Shown piece by piece: positions 10,023 to 19,599 of a stretch of DNA of 64,000 nucleotides (the stretch's first letter is position 1; every line of letters starts with the position of its first letter). Location of the stretch: positions 165,211 to 229,210 of the IMG/VR virus record IMGVR_UViG_3300028592_000004; one strand, given 5' to 3'. The translations under genes and the position numbers were made by a program. Under the pieces are notes generated by a model, which did not search any database, was not told the DNA's origin, and saw nothing but the letters and a program-made list of their open reading frames with translations.

Positions 10023-10994
10023 TTACCGAACGTGGAAGCGGCCTTTCCGGGACCGCTGATAAGTCGGAGGAGGGGAGTAACGTGGAGCCGCCTGGAGCTG
10101 GGGAGCCTGCGGCGGCAGTACGAACTGCGTCTGTTCGACCGGACGTGGCGCCGGCATCGGAGCCTTCTCAACCTGGGCGGGTGCAGTCTGCCCGTCCCGG
10201 ATGATGACATCGGCAACTGCCCGTTCGGCCTGCCGTGTCCGGTGGCTCTTGTACTTCGCCATCGCCAGGAACTCGTTGAGCTTCGTGACCCGGGAGTACA
10301 TGCCGTACTTCGGATTGGCGGGCGGCTCGCGACCGATGCAGATCCCGATCAGCGTGCCGGTCGGACTGAACAACCCGCCGCCGGACTCTCCGGACGTCGG
10401 GATGTGGTCGACGATAATCGCCGTGTCGTCCGTGACGATCTTGCCTTCGTTGTCCAGCCAGAGTGCCTTCCGGGCAAGCCATTCTTTCGGCTGGACGCCG
10501 AGCGGCGATCCAACCGCATGAACGACGTCACCGACACGGGGAACCCACTCCCGGTCGTCGACGTGGTCGACTGCTTTCAGACCGAGGTTGCCAGGCCCCG
10601 TGAGAAGCTGGGTGTCGTACTGGCTACTCTGCCCGATCACCGACATCTGTGCCTGGTTGGCGAAGTCCTTACCCCACTGGATGGTGTAGCGGGTGTCGTC
10701 CGAGGGGAGCTTCGCGGACTCGAAGTGAAAACAGGTCGAAACCAGGGTTCGCTCTGGGCTCGATTCGAGCACAGTTCCGGACCCGTAGTGCTCGTGATTC
10801 TGAGTGAGGTTCTGGTACTTCACTCGAACTGCAGCCTCGATCGGCTTGACGTCCGGAGCGATGTAGACCTGCCCACCGCAGACGGCCCCGAAGATCGACA
10901 GAATGATTGGCGCGATATGAAGCATCGCAAGTCCTCCGTGACTGAGAAACATCCCTGTGGTCGCACTGTATCGACCGAGATCAGTTGCCGACAA
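10023..10994 (-). CDS. Trypsin-like serine protease with signal/anchor
   Basis: GSGT, TCFH (His), Asp region, GESGGG (Ser) motifs; start may lie further downstream. Confidence 0.8.
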   Translation of the reverse strand: MSATDLGRYSATTGMFLSHGGLAMLHIAPIILSIFGAVCGGQVYIAPDVKPIEAAVRVKYQNLTQNHEHYGSGTVLESSPERTLVSTCFHFESAKLPSDDTRYTIQWGKDFANQAQMSVIGQSSQYDTQLLTGPGNLGLKAVDHVDDREWVPRVGDVVHAVGSPLGVQPKEWLARKALWLDNEGKIVTDDTAIIVDHIPTSGESGGGLFSPTGTLIGICIGREPPANPKYGMYSRVTKLNEFLAMAKYKSHRTRQAERAVADVIIRDGQTAPAQVEKAPMPAPRPVEQTQFVLPPQAPQLQAAPRYSPPPTYQRSRKGRFHVR

Positions 10995-12150
10995 GCGGGA
11001 ACGTCGGTTCCAGCATCTTCGGCACGTTTGCCAAATGCACGCGGGCTTCGCGGCTGGTGACCGTGAAGCCGTCGATCGAAGTCGTGATGTTGATGAACTT
11101 CTTGACCGTGACCTTTGGCTTCGGGTCGAGGAAGCTCACCGAGAGCGTGTCGCCCTGCCGCCGAACGGAGATCCGGACCTCGGCATTCGACGTGGCCGTG
11201 ATCCCATCAGACAGCTGGATCGTCTGACCGCCCAGCAGGCTGAGCATCGTGCCGACGAAGTCCTTCTTGTTCATCGGGACCGGGTTGCCGGCCCGCGGCA
11301 CGGGCTTGTTGTTGGCCTTCGCCAGACTGACGGCCACAGCCTCCCAGACCCGGGCGTCTTCGGGAGGTGGCTCGGCCGTTGGAGGTGGCCCGGACATCGC
11401 TGCCGGCGGCGCCACCTTCCAACGGTTCTTGTTCAGCTCGTCGACCATCGCGACCCGCGACTTCCATTCGGTCTTGAACGCGTCCTTGGCGATCGCGCCA
11501 ATGACCGGCTCGCCGATCTGGGCTACCTGACCGTCCCGGAGCCGATACCAGAACGTGAACCGCGGCAGCCGGAAGTCGGGCTCGGAGGAACCGTGATCGA
11601 CTATTCGGATGTGGGCGGTGCCGTCCATTTGCTTTCCGGTCGTGTAGACCGGCGCAAGCGACGGGGCCGTCTGGGTGATCCAGCTCTTGCAGAAGCCACA
11701 CCAGTCCGCCGTGTCGATTTCGGCCCAGAACTCAAGTCCACTGGGAGCGTGGAGGCTTTCGATCTTGATTGCTTCTTCGGGGGCGTACTGGGGGACTCGC
11801 CGGTCTTCTTCGAACGTTCCTTGGATCGGAGGGTCTTCAACCGCAGCTTGCGGAGGCGGCGGAGGCTGGACCGCTGGACCTGCTTGCACGGCGGGACCAG
11901 GTCCCACCGAATGATTCGGCACTTGAGGGTAGCCAGCTGCTCCAGCGCGGCCAGTATCTGCTGTCGTTTGTGCGGCGTCATTGACCACCTCCCGAACGTC
12001 GACGAATTCCCCGTCCGTACGGGCCAGAGCGAAACGCGCTCGGGCCAGCGAGAGATCGGCGTAGGAGGGAGCCCAATTCGACTTGTAGGACAGGTCCAAG
12101 CCTGTGCACCCGCAGAACGCGAGGAGCACGAGCAACAGAAACTGGATCAT
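10981..12150 (-). CDS. Putative lipoprotein with thioredoxin-like WCGFC motif
   Basis: Start MIQFLLLVLLAFCGC (lipobox-like); TADWCGFCK. Confidence 0.65.
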   Translation of the reverse strand: MIQFLLLVLLAFCGCTGLDLSYKSNWAPSYADLSLARARFALARTDGEFVDVREVVNDAAQTTADTGRAGAAGYPQVPNHSVGPGPAVQAGPAVQPPPPPQAAVEDPPIQGTFEEDRRVPQYAPEEAIKIESLHAPSGLEFWAEIDTADWCGFCKSWITQTAPSLAPVYTTGKQMDGTAHIRIVDHGSSEPDFRLPRFTFWYRLRDGQVAQIGEPVIGAIAKDAFKTEWKSRVAMVDELNKNRWKVAPPAAMSGPPPTAEPPPEDARVWEAVAVSLAKANNKPVPRAGNPVPMNKKDFVGTMLSLLGGQTIQLSDGITATSNAEVRISVRRQGDTLSVSFLDPKPKVTVKKFINITTSIDGFTVTSREARVHLANVPKMLEPTFPLVGN

Positions 12151-13133
12151 GCGGCGAGACTCCATTTGAGGTGCTGCAGGGTGAAGCCCTTCGCGCCAGC
12201 ACCGGTGTACGAATCGTTCTGCTTGAGCATGCGATCGACGGTCGCAAAGTCGACCGCGAAGCATCCTTCAGGCAGCTCCACTTCCTCTCCGCTTTCGCAG
12301 AAGATCTTGTTCGGGCCGATCGGCTGATTGCCCCAAGACTGCTGACAGACGAAAGCAGGCCGGTTTCCGCGGGCCAGGAAGTAACCCCGGAAGTACATGC
12401 AGTGATTCCACGTCCCGTTCGCATAGTCGAAGCCGTCGCGGTCCCGGAAGTTCCGGAAGCCGACGTTCGAGCAGACGGGGATACCACGCCAGTTGCAGAT
12501 CGAGGCTCGCGCCTCCTCGGCTGAGCGAACCGGCGCGATGTAGGTGATCGGATGCTGCCGGGACTCTGTTTCCAGCTCCGCCGGAACACCGTTACGGCTC
12601 GTGCCCCAGGTCTGAGCGATGTTGTCGTCCGGCGTCCGCAGGTCGTACTGACCGTACTTCAGGCGGAAGACGACGCCCCACTGTCGGACCCACTCCGCCA
12701 TCCAGGCCCCGTAGGAGCCCTGGTTCCCGCCGAGCCGGCCTTTCCCGATCTCGATCCGAGAGCCGGCGTAGAGCGGTTCGGTGGCCACAGGGGCAACCCA
12801 GCGCTCCAGGGAGCCGAACATGATCTGGATCAGGAACAGGTCCTGAGCGAAGCGGCCCCAGCCCTGCGAAACGCAGGTCCCCAGGGTCTGCTTGAAGGCC
12901 CGGAGCATTCGCCCCAGGACCTTCAGCTCAGCTCGCCACAGGAAGGTGTCCGGAAACGAAGCCGCCGCCATCATGGCGGGTGCAGCCTCGCGGAGGGACG
13001 GGAACCAGTTTGTGGCAGCGGCAGCAGTACGCCTGACCTCGCTCTGGTTGTTGATCCAGCCGAGGTTATCCGCCGTAAAGCCACGTGGGAGGGCGCGTGT
13101 TTGCTCACGCTTACCTCGACTACGAGCAGACAT
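12147..13133 (-). CDS. Papain-like (C1) cysteine peptidase
   Basis: Q..GTCVSQG (Cys), WNHCM (His), QQSWG motifs; start moved to MSARSR. Confidence 0.75.
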   Translation of the reverse strand: MSARSRGKREQTRALPRGFTADNLGWINNQSEVRRTAAAATNWFPSLREAAPAMMAAASFPDTFLWRAELKVLGRMLRAFKQTLGTCVSQGWGRFAQDLFLIQIMFGSLERWVAPVATEPLYAGSRIEIGKGRLGGNQGSYGAWMAEWVRQWGVVFRLKYGQYDLRTPDDNIAQTWGTSRNGVPAELETESRQHPITYIAPVRSAEEARASICNWRGIPVCSNVGFRNFRDRDGFDYANGTWNHCMYFRGYFLARGNRPAFVCQQSWGNQPIGPNKIFCESGEEVELPEGCFAVDFATVDRMLKQNDSYTGAGAKGFTLQHLKWSLAA

Positions 13134-13146
13134 CCATGTCCTCCCG

Positions 13147-13623
13147 TTAGCCGGCAACGGCCTGACAGGCCGCAGCAAGCTGACGCAGTTTGAGAACGAA
13201 CGCAGCCCGGCCGGCGTCATCCAAATCGCCAACAGGGAGCGTACGGAGCCAGGCGTCGACGACGACTGGCAATTTGACGATCAGACCCGTCTTCAGTCCG
13301 ATCCGTTCGCGGGCAGTGGCCAGCGCGGAGAGCGCGGCGGCACCGGTCTGGATCGACTTATCCAGTTCGACCGCATCGGCCGCTGCCGTGTACAGCGAGC
13401 AATAGTCGCGGGCCTTAATCTGGTAGTCGGTGAATCCGCTGGTCTGGAAGGCATCGGCGACCTGGGCGTTGAGCGTCGGGTCCGCCGGCACAGCCGGATT
13501 GACGGGGTTCACCGGGTTGACCGGGTTGACGGGGTTCGGAACAGGCTGCGGACCGGGGACCGGCGGGGCACACCCCACCAGCATCCCGAGGAGCAGCGCA
13601 CTACCGAGCAGCTTTCGCGACAT
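13147..13623 (-). CDS. Putative lipoprotein with PVN repeats
   Basis: LLGMLVGC lipobox; (PVN)n linker. Confidence 0.75.
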   Translation of the reverse strand: MSRKLLGSALLLGMLVGCAPPVPGPQPVPNPVNPVNPVNPVNPAVPADPTLNAQVADAFQTSGFTDYQIKARDYCSLYTAAADAVELDKSIQTGAAALSALATARERIGLKTGLIVKLPVVVDAWLRTLPVGDLDDAGRAAFVLKLRQLAAACQAVAG

Positions 13624-13969
13624 TCGACCCCTCCTTGGGTTCGTCGGTCGTTTGGCCCAGGGTCGTCACGACCACCTGGGTCACGGCCTGCGCGAAGGCA
13701 GGCGTGGATTCGCCGGACAGCACCAGGTCAACCTTACGGTCGCCGACCTGGAAGCTGAGCTTCGACTGCGGAACGCCACTCGATCCGCGGAGAAAGAGCT
13801 CCCGCGAGCCAAGGGCGCCGGCGCCGAGAAGCCCGGCAACGATCTGGGCAATGCTGTACCCGGACGTGAGGGGCACACCAGCGTTGGCCGCAGCGGTGAG
13901 GCCGTACGTGGCCTGGGCGGTGAGAGCCGTTCCCACGAGCGTGAGAACAGGCGCGAGGAATTTGAGCAT
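13601..13969 (-). CDS. Small membrane protein
   Basis: Two hydrophobic segments; RBS GGAG. Confidence 0.65.
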   Translation of the reverse strand: MLKFLAPVLTLVGTALTAQATYGLTAAANAGVPLTSGYSIAQIVAGLLGAGALGSRELFLRGSSGVPQSKLSFQVGDRKVDLVLSGESTPAFAQAVTQVVVTTLGQTTDEPKEGSNVAKAAR

Positions 13970-14010
13970 GAGAGGCTCCGAGAACAGTCCGTTGTCGTCG
14001 GGTTGCTGGC

Positions 14011-14520
14011 TCAGACCGCCTGAGTCAGCTTGCCGCTACGGAAGAGGTTGATCAGCTCGATCACGAGCTGGACGGCGGTGAGAACCGTCGTCGGGTTGAA
14101 GAGAAGCGAGCGCGGCCGGGCTTCCGAGTCCGGAGCGTTCGGGTCGTTCTGCAGCTCCGCCTTGACGGCGTCGACCAGGCTCTCGACGTCAGCGGCGGAG
14201 ACCTGATGGTTGTCCGACCGGCGGCGGAATACGCCGTACACGACGGCCGCGGCGGCACTGACGAGCAGCGTCCGCTCCGCGACGAACTGGGCAAGCGGGC
14301 AAACCCGATCGTCCAGCGTCGTCTTGGTCATCGCCGTGAAGGGGCAGACGAGGTTCAGGGCGAGCTGAACCGCAACCTGCGTCCCTTCATAGGAGCTGAG
14401 GTCCGCGTTGAGCAGCGGAGCCCCGGCGCTGAGGAACGCCGGGAGCTGCGACAGGTCGAGGAAGTTCTGAAGAGTGCCGACAGACTTGATCTGTGCGAAG
14501 ACGTCCATGTTGGGTCTCAT
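14011..14520 (-). CDS. Hypothetical protein
   Basis: ORF in operon context. Confidence 0.6.
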   Translation of the reverse strand: MRPNMDVFAQIKSVGTLQNFLDLSQLPAFLSAGAPLLNADLSSYEGTQVAVQLALNLVCPFTAMTKTTLDDRVCPLAQFVAERTLLVSAAAAVVYGVFRRRSDNHQVSAADVESLVDAVKAELQNDPNAPDSEARPRSLLFNPTTVLTAVQLVIELINLFRSGKLTQAV

Positions 14521-14615
14521 TCCTTGAGTGGGAGAATCCAATTCCTTGCGGCGCTAAGCATGCCGCGACTCCCCTGTTGTACCCCGAATGGACCGGCCAC
14601 GGAAGCCTCATTCCC

Positions 14616-15614
14616 TCAGCTACTTCTGATCCTCCCGTTGGACCCGATCCGGAGGTTGTCGATGTTGAATTCGCCGTCCGCGAGGACTTCCACGAAGGCG
14701 AAGCCGTGGTTCCACTTATTGATCCGCGCGTACTCCGGGTAGAGCTCGCACAGGCAGCCTGTCGACCAGGTCGCAACCTCTTGGTGCTTCCAGTTTGGCT
14801 CGGAGTGCTGACTCGACCGGTGGCCGTGACCAACCAGGACCGTGTCGTTCATCCGGAGGAACGCTCCGCGGGCCATGTTGACGGGGTTCGTCAGACCCTT
14901 CGGCAGTTCGTGCCCGTGGAAGATCGGCAGGTTGCCGGCCATGATCGGCCGCTGGTCGCCGACGATCTCGATACCGTGCTTGTCCGCGTGCAGCCAGGTT
15001 TCCAGGTCCAGCAGCGGATCATCCGCTACCTCGGCGAAGTAGTTCCAGATGTAGTGGTCCCACCGCTCGTCATGGTTCCCCTTCTTCAGGATGATCCGCG
15101 CCTTCGGGAACTCGCTGCGGAGCCACGCCAGCCCCTGACGCTGGCAGGCGATCTCTTCCTTCAGGTTCCGATCCTTGGGGTTCTTCTGGAAGCGGGAGAC
15201 CGAGTACCAGTCGCCATAGTCTCCGTTGATCAGGAGGATGTCTGGCTTCCGGTCTTTGCAGTACTTCACCGCGGCGCCGAGCGCCATCTCCGAGTGGAAG
15301 GGAAAGTGGATGTCCGACAGGACGGCCAACTGGATCCCAGTCGGGAGCACGACCGGCTCCCAGGCTTCAGCCTTGCTCGGCGGCATGGTCGGCTTCGTGC
15401 CGGCCTTTCCGTTCGGCCGTGGACTCGTTGCCTCGTCACGATGCTCCTTGCCCTTGTTGCCGCGGATGGTGCGAACGTAGTCACGGCCCTGTTCGATTGA
15501 GATGCCGTACTCCTTTGCGAGGCGCCTGGCGAGCGTTCGCGAGGCTGCATCGGGATACTCTCTACACAGCTGCTCTGCAGCCAGTCGGATTGGCCCTTTC
15601 GGTGGTTTGCTCAT
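14616..15614 (-). CDS. Calcineurin-like metallophosphoesterase
   Basis: SDIH, NGDYGD, GNHD, HGH, GHGH motifs; start moved to MSKPPK. Confidence 0.88.
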   Translation of the reverse strand: MSKPPKGPIRLAAEQLCREYPDAASRTLARRLAKEYGISIEQGRDYVRTIRGNKGKEHRDEATSPRPNGKAGTKPTMPPSKAEAWEPVVLPTGIQLAVLSDIHFPFHSEMALGAAVKYCKDRKPDILLINGDYGDWYSVSRFQKNPKDRNLKEEIACQRQGLAWLRSEFPKARIILKKGNHDERWDHYIWNYFAEVADDPLLDLETWLHADKHGIEIVGDQRPIMAGNLPIFHGHELPKGLTNPVNMARGAFLRMNDTVLVGHGHRSSQHSEPNWKHQEVATWSTGCLCELYPEYARINKWNHGFAFVEVLADGEFNIDNLRIGSNGRIRSS

Positions 15615-15973
15615 TCGGAATCCCTCCTGTATCCGAGTCGGTACAAAATACGGGCCAGGTCGGTCGCCACAGTGGCGCACCATTCCTCCGACCTGTGCCA
15701 GTCTGCGGCGTGCAGGACCTCATGGATGATGACGTCCAGCTCTCGCTCGCCCGAGATGGCGGTCGAGATCACGATCTCACGCTTCTTGAGATCGGAAGAA
15801 GAGAATGGGTGCTGGGTCTTGGCCTCACCCGTCGTGAACCCATCGAGATTACGGAGATACTTGCGGACGAACCGCCAGCGCTTCCCAAAAATGATGACCT
15901 GCTTCAGCACTCGTCCACAATCCATGTGTTGGAGGCAGTCGGATCGGTCAGTCGAAGGCGGCGCTGATGGCAC
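15611..15973 (-). CDS. Small HEXXH (zincin-like) protein
   Basis: IIHEVLHA motif; start uncertain. Confidence 0.6.
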   Translation of the reverse strand: MPSAPPSTDRSDCLQHMDCGRVLKQVIIFGKRWRFVRKYLRNLDGFTTGEAKTQHPFSSSDLKKREIVISTAISGERELDVIIHEVLHAADWHRSEEWCATVATDLARILYRLGYRRDSE

Positions 15974-18302
15974 CGGTCAACAACCCGCCCCAGAGGCCCG
16001 CTTGCTGCAGGCCCACCTGGGCCTCGGGATTGAGGCCCGCTAGGGCTCCCATTGTTTTACCCAGAAGCAACCCACCGAGAAATCCCCCAGCCCCGCTGAA
16101 GGCAACGGTCTTGGCGATGTCGAAAGGCGAAACGGAGGGCTTTCCACCGCTCCCCAGCGAGGCGGCGACGAGCGTACCGCTCGCGGCTGCAGCGACTTGC
16201 GCTGGCGTGCCACCGAAGTTCGAGCCGGGCCGTGCGGCGTCATTCCAGATCACACTCCCGAAGGCGTCGACGGGGATATTCGACAGGAACATTGTCCCCG
16301 TCATGTCCTCCGCGGCGTTGGTTTTCGTCCGACCGGACCAGCCGAAGTCGTCGGCCGGCATCTCGGAACCCATCCCAGACAGGTTCGAGTTCCACCCGTG
16401 CGGCGTCTTGAGACCCCAGTACAAACCCGGAGCAGCGCCCAGGCCGGCGCCCAGGAGCCCCAGCGTGCGTCGCATCCGCTTGCCGGAGAAGTACTGCTCC
16501 GGAAGCATGTTGTCCATCAGATAGCCGGCACCGTAGCCCAGGCCGGCTCCCAGAGCTCCACCAACCAGCGTGCTGGAGAGCGGGCTCGGCCCACCGAGCG
16601 GCTTGTTGACCTTCGACCACATGTCCGAAATCCCCTCGAACATCGCGCCCTGCTTGAACATCGTCCAGCCCGGCTCGTCGGCCGGGATCGTACTGACCAG
16701 GCCCTTCTCCGGATGGACGAACCAGCAGCCCTCTGCCTCCGCATACTTCACGACCAGCGGCGCCGCCTGCTCGTACAGAGCTCGCACCCGGGCGGGGACT
16801 TCCCGCCAACTGAGGTGTTCCAGCTCGTCGATCGCGCTCGCTTCCTTCTGGTTGCGCTGTCCGATCTCCTTCAACAGATCCCGGAACTTCATGTTGATCT
16901 CTTCCTTCTGCTCGGCCAGACGCCGCAGGTGATAGTCCGCTCCAGACCGATCATCGGTCAGGCCGAGGAACCGTTCCAGAGAGGATGGCTCCCGAGGGCG
17001 GGACAGGAAGTTCTGGATGAGGACGTTCCGCTGGTCTGTCGGAAGGTAGCCGTGACTATCGTGACGGATCCCGCGGCCTTTGACCTGAGTATCGCGAGCC
17101 TCGTTCCAGTGCGGATCCAGGATCTGCATCAGCCGAGTGCCACGGAGCGAGATCCCTTCCGAGCCGGCGGGACCGGCGAGCAGCACCGGAGCCAACCCGT
17201 TGTTGTAGCTCTCAATAATCCGCTTCCGCTCCAGGTCGGCGATACCGCCGTGGAAGAGGCCGTAGGGGATCTTGTCTCGCTCCAGGGCCGCGGCGTAGGG
17301 ACGGAGGCCGGCGTCAATGAAGTTCGAGTAGACGAGCGCTCGGCTCTTCGGGTTCTTCGCCATCTGCTCCTTGAGGAGCTTATAGGCCAGCTGCAGCTTG
17401 GGCGAGGAATCGAACGCGGCCAACGGGTCCGGGTTCGACATGAACGGGAACATCGACAGCCCGATCTGTCGCGGTCCGGTCAGGAAGGACGTCATCCGCT
17501 TCCGTTCGAGGGCGGAGAGCGGGAAGTTGTTCTGCAGCTTGTAGCGCAGGACCCAGGGGATCGAGTTCCAGAACGACCGATACGCGGTCGTCTGCTCGTC
17601 CGACATGTCAACTTCGTGCATCTCGTCTGTGCGATCCACGAGCGGCTTATCGGGAGCGTGGTAGTCGACGTGGCCCGCCAGCAGATCTTCCAGCCGGCCG
17701 ACGTTCTTCGGCTCCATCACCTGGCCGGGCGTGACACCGAACAACGAGGCGAAGAAACCCGGGCGAACCGTCTTCTGCTTGATGAACTGGTGTGTGAACG
17801 CGTCCGGCGTGATCCGCTCGCCGGTCAGGATCGACATCGGCGCCGCGAGATCGGACGGGTGATTGACGATCGGCGAGCCCGAGAGGAGGTAAACGTGCTT
17901 GGCCTTGTTCGCCAGGTCCGTCACTGCCTGCGTCCGCTGAGACTCAGGGTTCCGGATCCGGTGAGCCTCATCGACGATCAGAGTGTCCGCGGCCGGGGCC
18001 TTGCCCGCCGTCGCGCCCTCGTAGGACACAACGTTGCCCATCAGCGAGCCGTCAGTGAACTTGGCCTGCTCCTTCGCAAAGTTGGGACGCAGTGCCGCTG
18101 GCACGATAGCCGTGTACGGCTTGCCGGCGTTCTCTGCCGCAGCGATCGAGGCCAGAGTCTTCCCGCTCCCCACGTCGTGGAAGAGGAGCATGCGGGACTC
18201 TTCGTCCTTCCCGGTCTGGGCGATCCGCTTCTGTTGAGGCTGCAGCTCGACGCCCGGCAGGAGGGCCGCGATCTTCAACTGGTCAACGAAGTCGGCGTCC
18301 AT
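15948..18302 (-). CDS. SNF2-like SF2 helicase/translocase fused to a Gly-rich membrane-like C-terminal domain
   Basis: GSGKT (I), DEAH (II), SGSP (III), EGISL (V), QVKGRGIR (VI); start moved to MDADF. Confidence 0.88.
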   Translation of the reverse strand: MDADFVDQLKIAALLPGVELQPQQKRIAQTGKDEESRMLLFHDVGSGKTLASIAAAENAGKPYTAIVPAALRPNFAKEQAKFTDGSLMGNVVSYEGATAGKAPAADTLIVDEAHRIRNPESQRTQAVTDLANKAKHVYLLSGSPIVNHPSDLAAPMSILTGERITPDAFTHQFIKQKTVRPGFFASLFGVTPGQVMEPKNVGRLEDLLAGHVDYHAPDKPLVDRTDEMHEVDMSDEQTTAYRSFWNSIPWVLRYKLQNNFPLSALERKRMTSFLTGPRQIGLSMFPFMSNPDPLAAFDSSPKLQLAYKLLKEQMAKNPKSRALVYSNFIDAGLRPYAAALERDKIPYGLFHGGIADLERKRIIESYNNGLAPVLLAGPAGSEGISLRGTRLMQILDPHWNEARDTQVKGRGIRHDSHGYLPTDQRNVLIQNFLSRPREPSSLERFLGLTDDRSGADYHLRRLAEQKEEINMKFRDLLKEIGQRNQKEASAIDELEHLSWREVPARVRALYEQAAPLVVKYAEAEGCWFVHPEKGLVSTIPADEPGWTMFKQGAMFEGISDMWSKVNKPLGGPSPLSSTLVGGALGAGLGYGAGYLMDNMLPEQYFSGKRMRRTLGLLGAGLGAAPGLYWGLKTPHGWNSNLSGMGSEMPADDFGWSGRTKTNAAEDMTGTMFLSNIPVDAFGSVIWNDAARPGSNFGGTPAQVAAAASGTLVAASLGSGGKPSVSPFDIAKTVAFSGAGGFLGGLLLGKTMGALAGLNPEAQVGLQQAGLWGGLLTGAISAAFD

Positions 18303-18979
18303 GCCAGCACCCTCTCCAGCTCCATCAGAGGCTTGGCCGAGGACGTTTTCTCCGCGGCCCAAATGCAACTCGGACAGTCGTGGTCGACGACGTGCCGCTC
18401 ATTGTGGGAGCAGCGACACCGGGTCTCGTGCCCGCACTTATGTTGAAAGATCCCGTGCGCTGACGCTGCCTTCGCGACGTCGCTGTTCTCCTGCAGGATC
18501 TTCTTCTTCCGGACCGCGCAGGTGATGTGGAAATCGTACTCGTTGTTCTTGGGGCGTGCTGACAGCCCGTATGACTTGCGAAGTTTCTCCAGATCCGGAG
18601 ACTTCACTTTCAGGAACCAGACCCGCGACATTTCCTTCCAGCTCGTTGGCGCGACCTCTTGCAGCGCCCCAAGCTGGTAGTGGAACTCCCTTCCCCGCTC
18701 GACGATGACGTCGATGCCGCCAATCTGCTCGATCTCTTCCGGACGCATGACGCTGATATGCGCATTCAGCGGTTCATTGTTGTGTGGCCCGGGCAATTCT
18801 GCGCCAAGGACCCGCATCGCCGAGAAGACACCCCTGACTAGATCATTCGGGACTGTCAGCAACAGCCATCCACTCTGAGACGCAATCAGCCGGCCCGCCA
18901 AAACGGGGGCATCGACCGCGTCACCCGCGGACTTCAAGAGGTAGCCGGACGCTTCGCCTAGTTGAAAGTCTGACGTCAC
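18275..18979 (-). CDS. 2H phosphoesterase (Acb1/LigT-like) with C-terminal Cys/His-rich module
   Basis: Two HxS/T motifs (AHISV, FHITC); GTG start with RBS AGGAAAGG. Confidence 0.7.
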   Translation of the reverse strand: MTSDFQLGEASGYLLKSAGDAVDAPVLAGRLIASQSGWLLLTVPNDLVRGVFSAMRVLGAELPGPHNNEPLNAHISVMRPEEIEQIGGIDVIVERGREFHYQLGALQEVAPTSWKEMSRVWFLKVKSPDLEKLRKSYGLSARPKNNEYDFHITCAVRKKKILQENSDVAKAASAHGIFQHKCGHETRCRCSHNERHVVDHDCPSCIWAAEKTSSAKPLMELERVLAWTPTSLTS

Positions 18980-19224
18980 GGACCTTTCCTCGTAGAAGTC
19001 CAGGTCACGTCTCCCCGGATCCCCTCCCGGGGTCCTGACGGAAAATGAATTTCCGCCTCGCAACGGCATCGCAGGCACATCCGTTGCTCCTCCATAGTCT
19101 CCGCAGTTTCCCATGAGACCGTTCCTGGGAGCCCTCGCAATCCTCGCGTGAAGCTCCCTCCTAACCGGGCAGTGCCATGCCCAGACGTGACGCGTCTCAC
19201 CTTAACCGAAATCCGTACTGGTCA

Positions 19225-19599
19225 CTACTCATCTTCATTGAGATTGGGGACTTCCAGGAAAACACGGCTGACGGATTCAAATGTGATCCGGATCCAGGTT
19301 GGGGTCAGATCTTCGAGGACTTGTGTTCGGTGTTCGACCAACCTGTACACGCAGCGCTCAACTGCGTTGTACAGGTTGTCCTCGGACCGAATTGCCTGCA
19401 GTCGGTTGACAACTGGGCTCAAACGTCGCATCAATCCCAGAAAGATCTTCTGCAGACGCCTGCCTTCGAGGTCCGACTCGATGGCAAGGCGGGACAGAGG
19501 CTCTCCGCGCTCAACGCATTCCATCACCGCCGCGGTGATGGACATTGCCAACGTTTGCCAGATCAGCCATTCCTGGGTGATCGGCAGCTTCCTAGCCAT
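19225..19599 (-). CDS. Hypothetical protein
   Basis: Start moved to MARKLP, overlapping the upstream stop. Confidence 0.55.
   Translation of the reverse strand: MARKLPITQEWLIWQTLAMSITAAVMECVERGEPLSRLAIESDLEGRRLQKIFLGLMRRLSPVVNRLQAIRSEDNLYNAVERCVYRLVEHRTQVLEDLTPTWIRITFESVSRVFLEVPNLNEDE

Noticed and set aside
16197-18446. Long plus-strand ORFs (e.g. 749 aa here, 7695-9296, 24211-25812, 37079-38521, 51886-53541)
   Set aside because: Antisense shadows of well-supported minus-strand genes in GC-rich DNA, with no motifs
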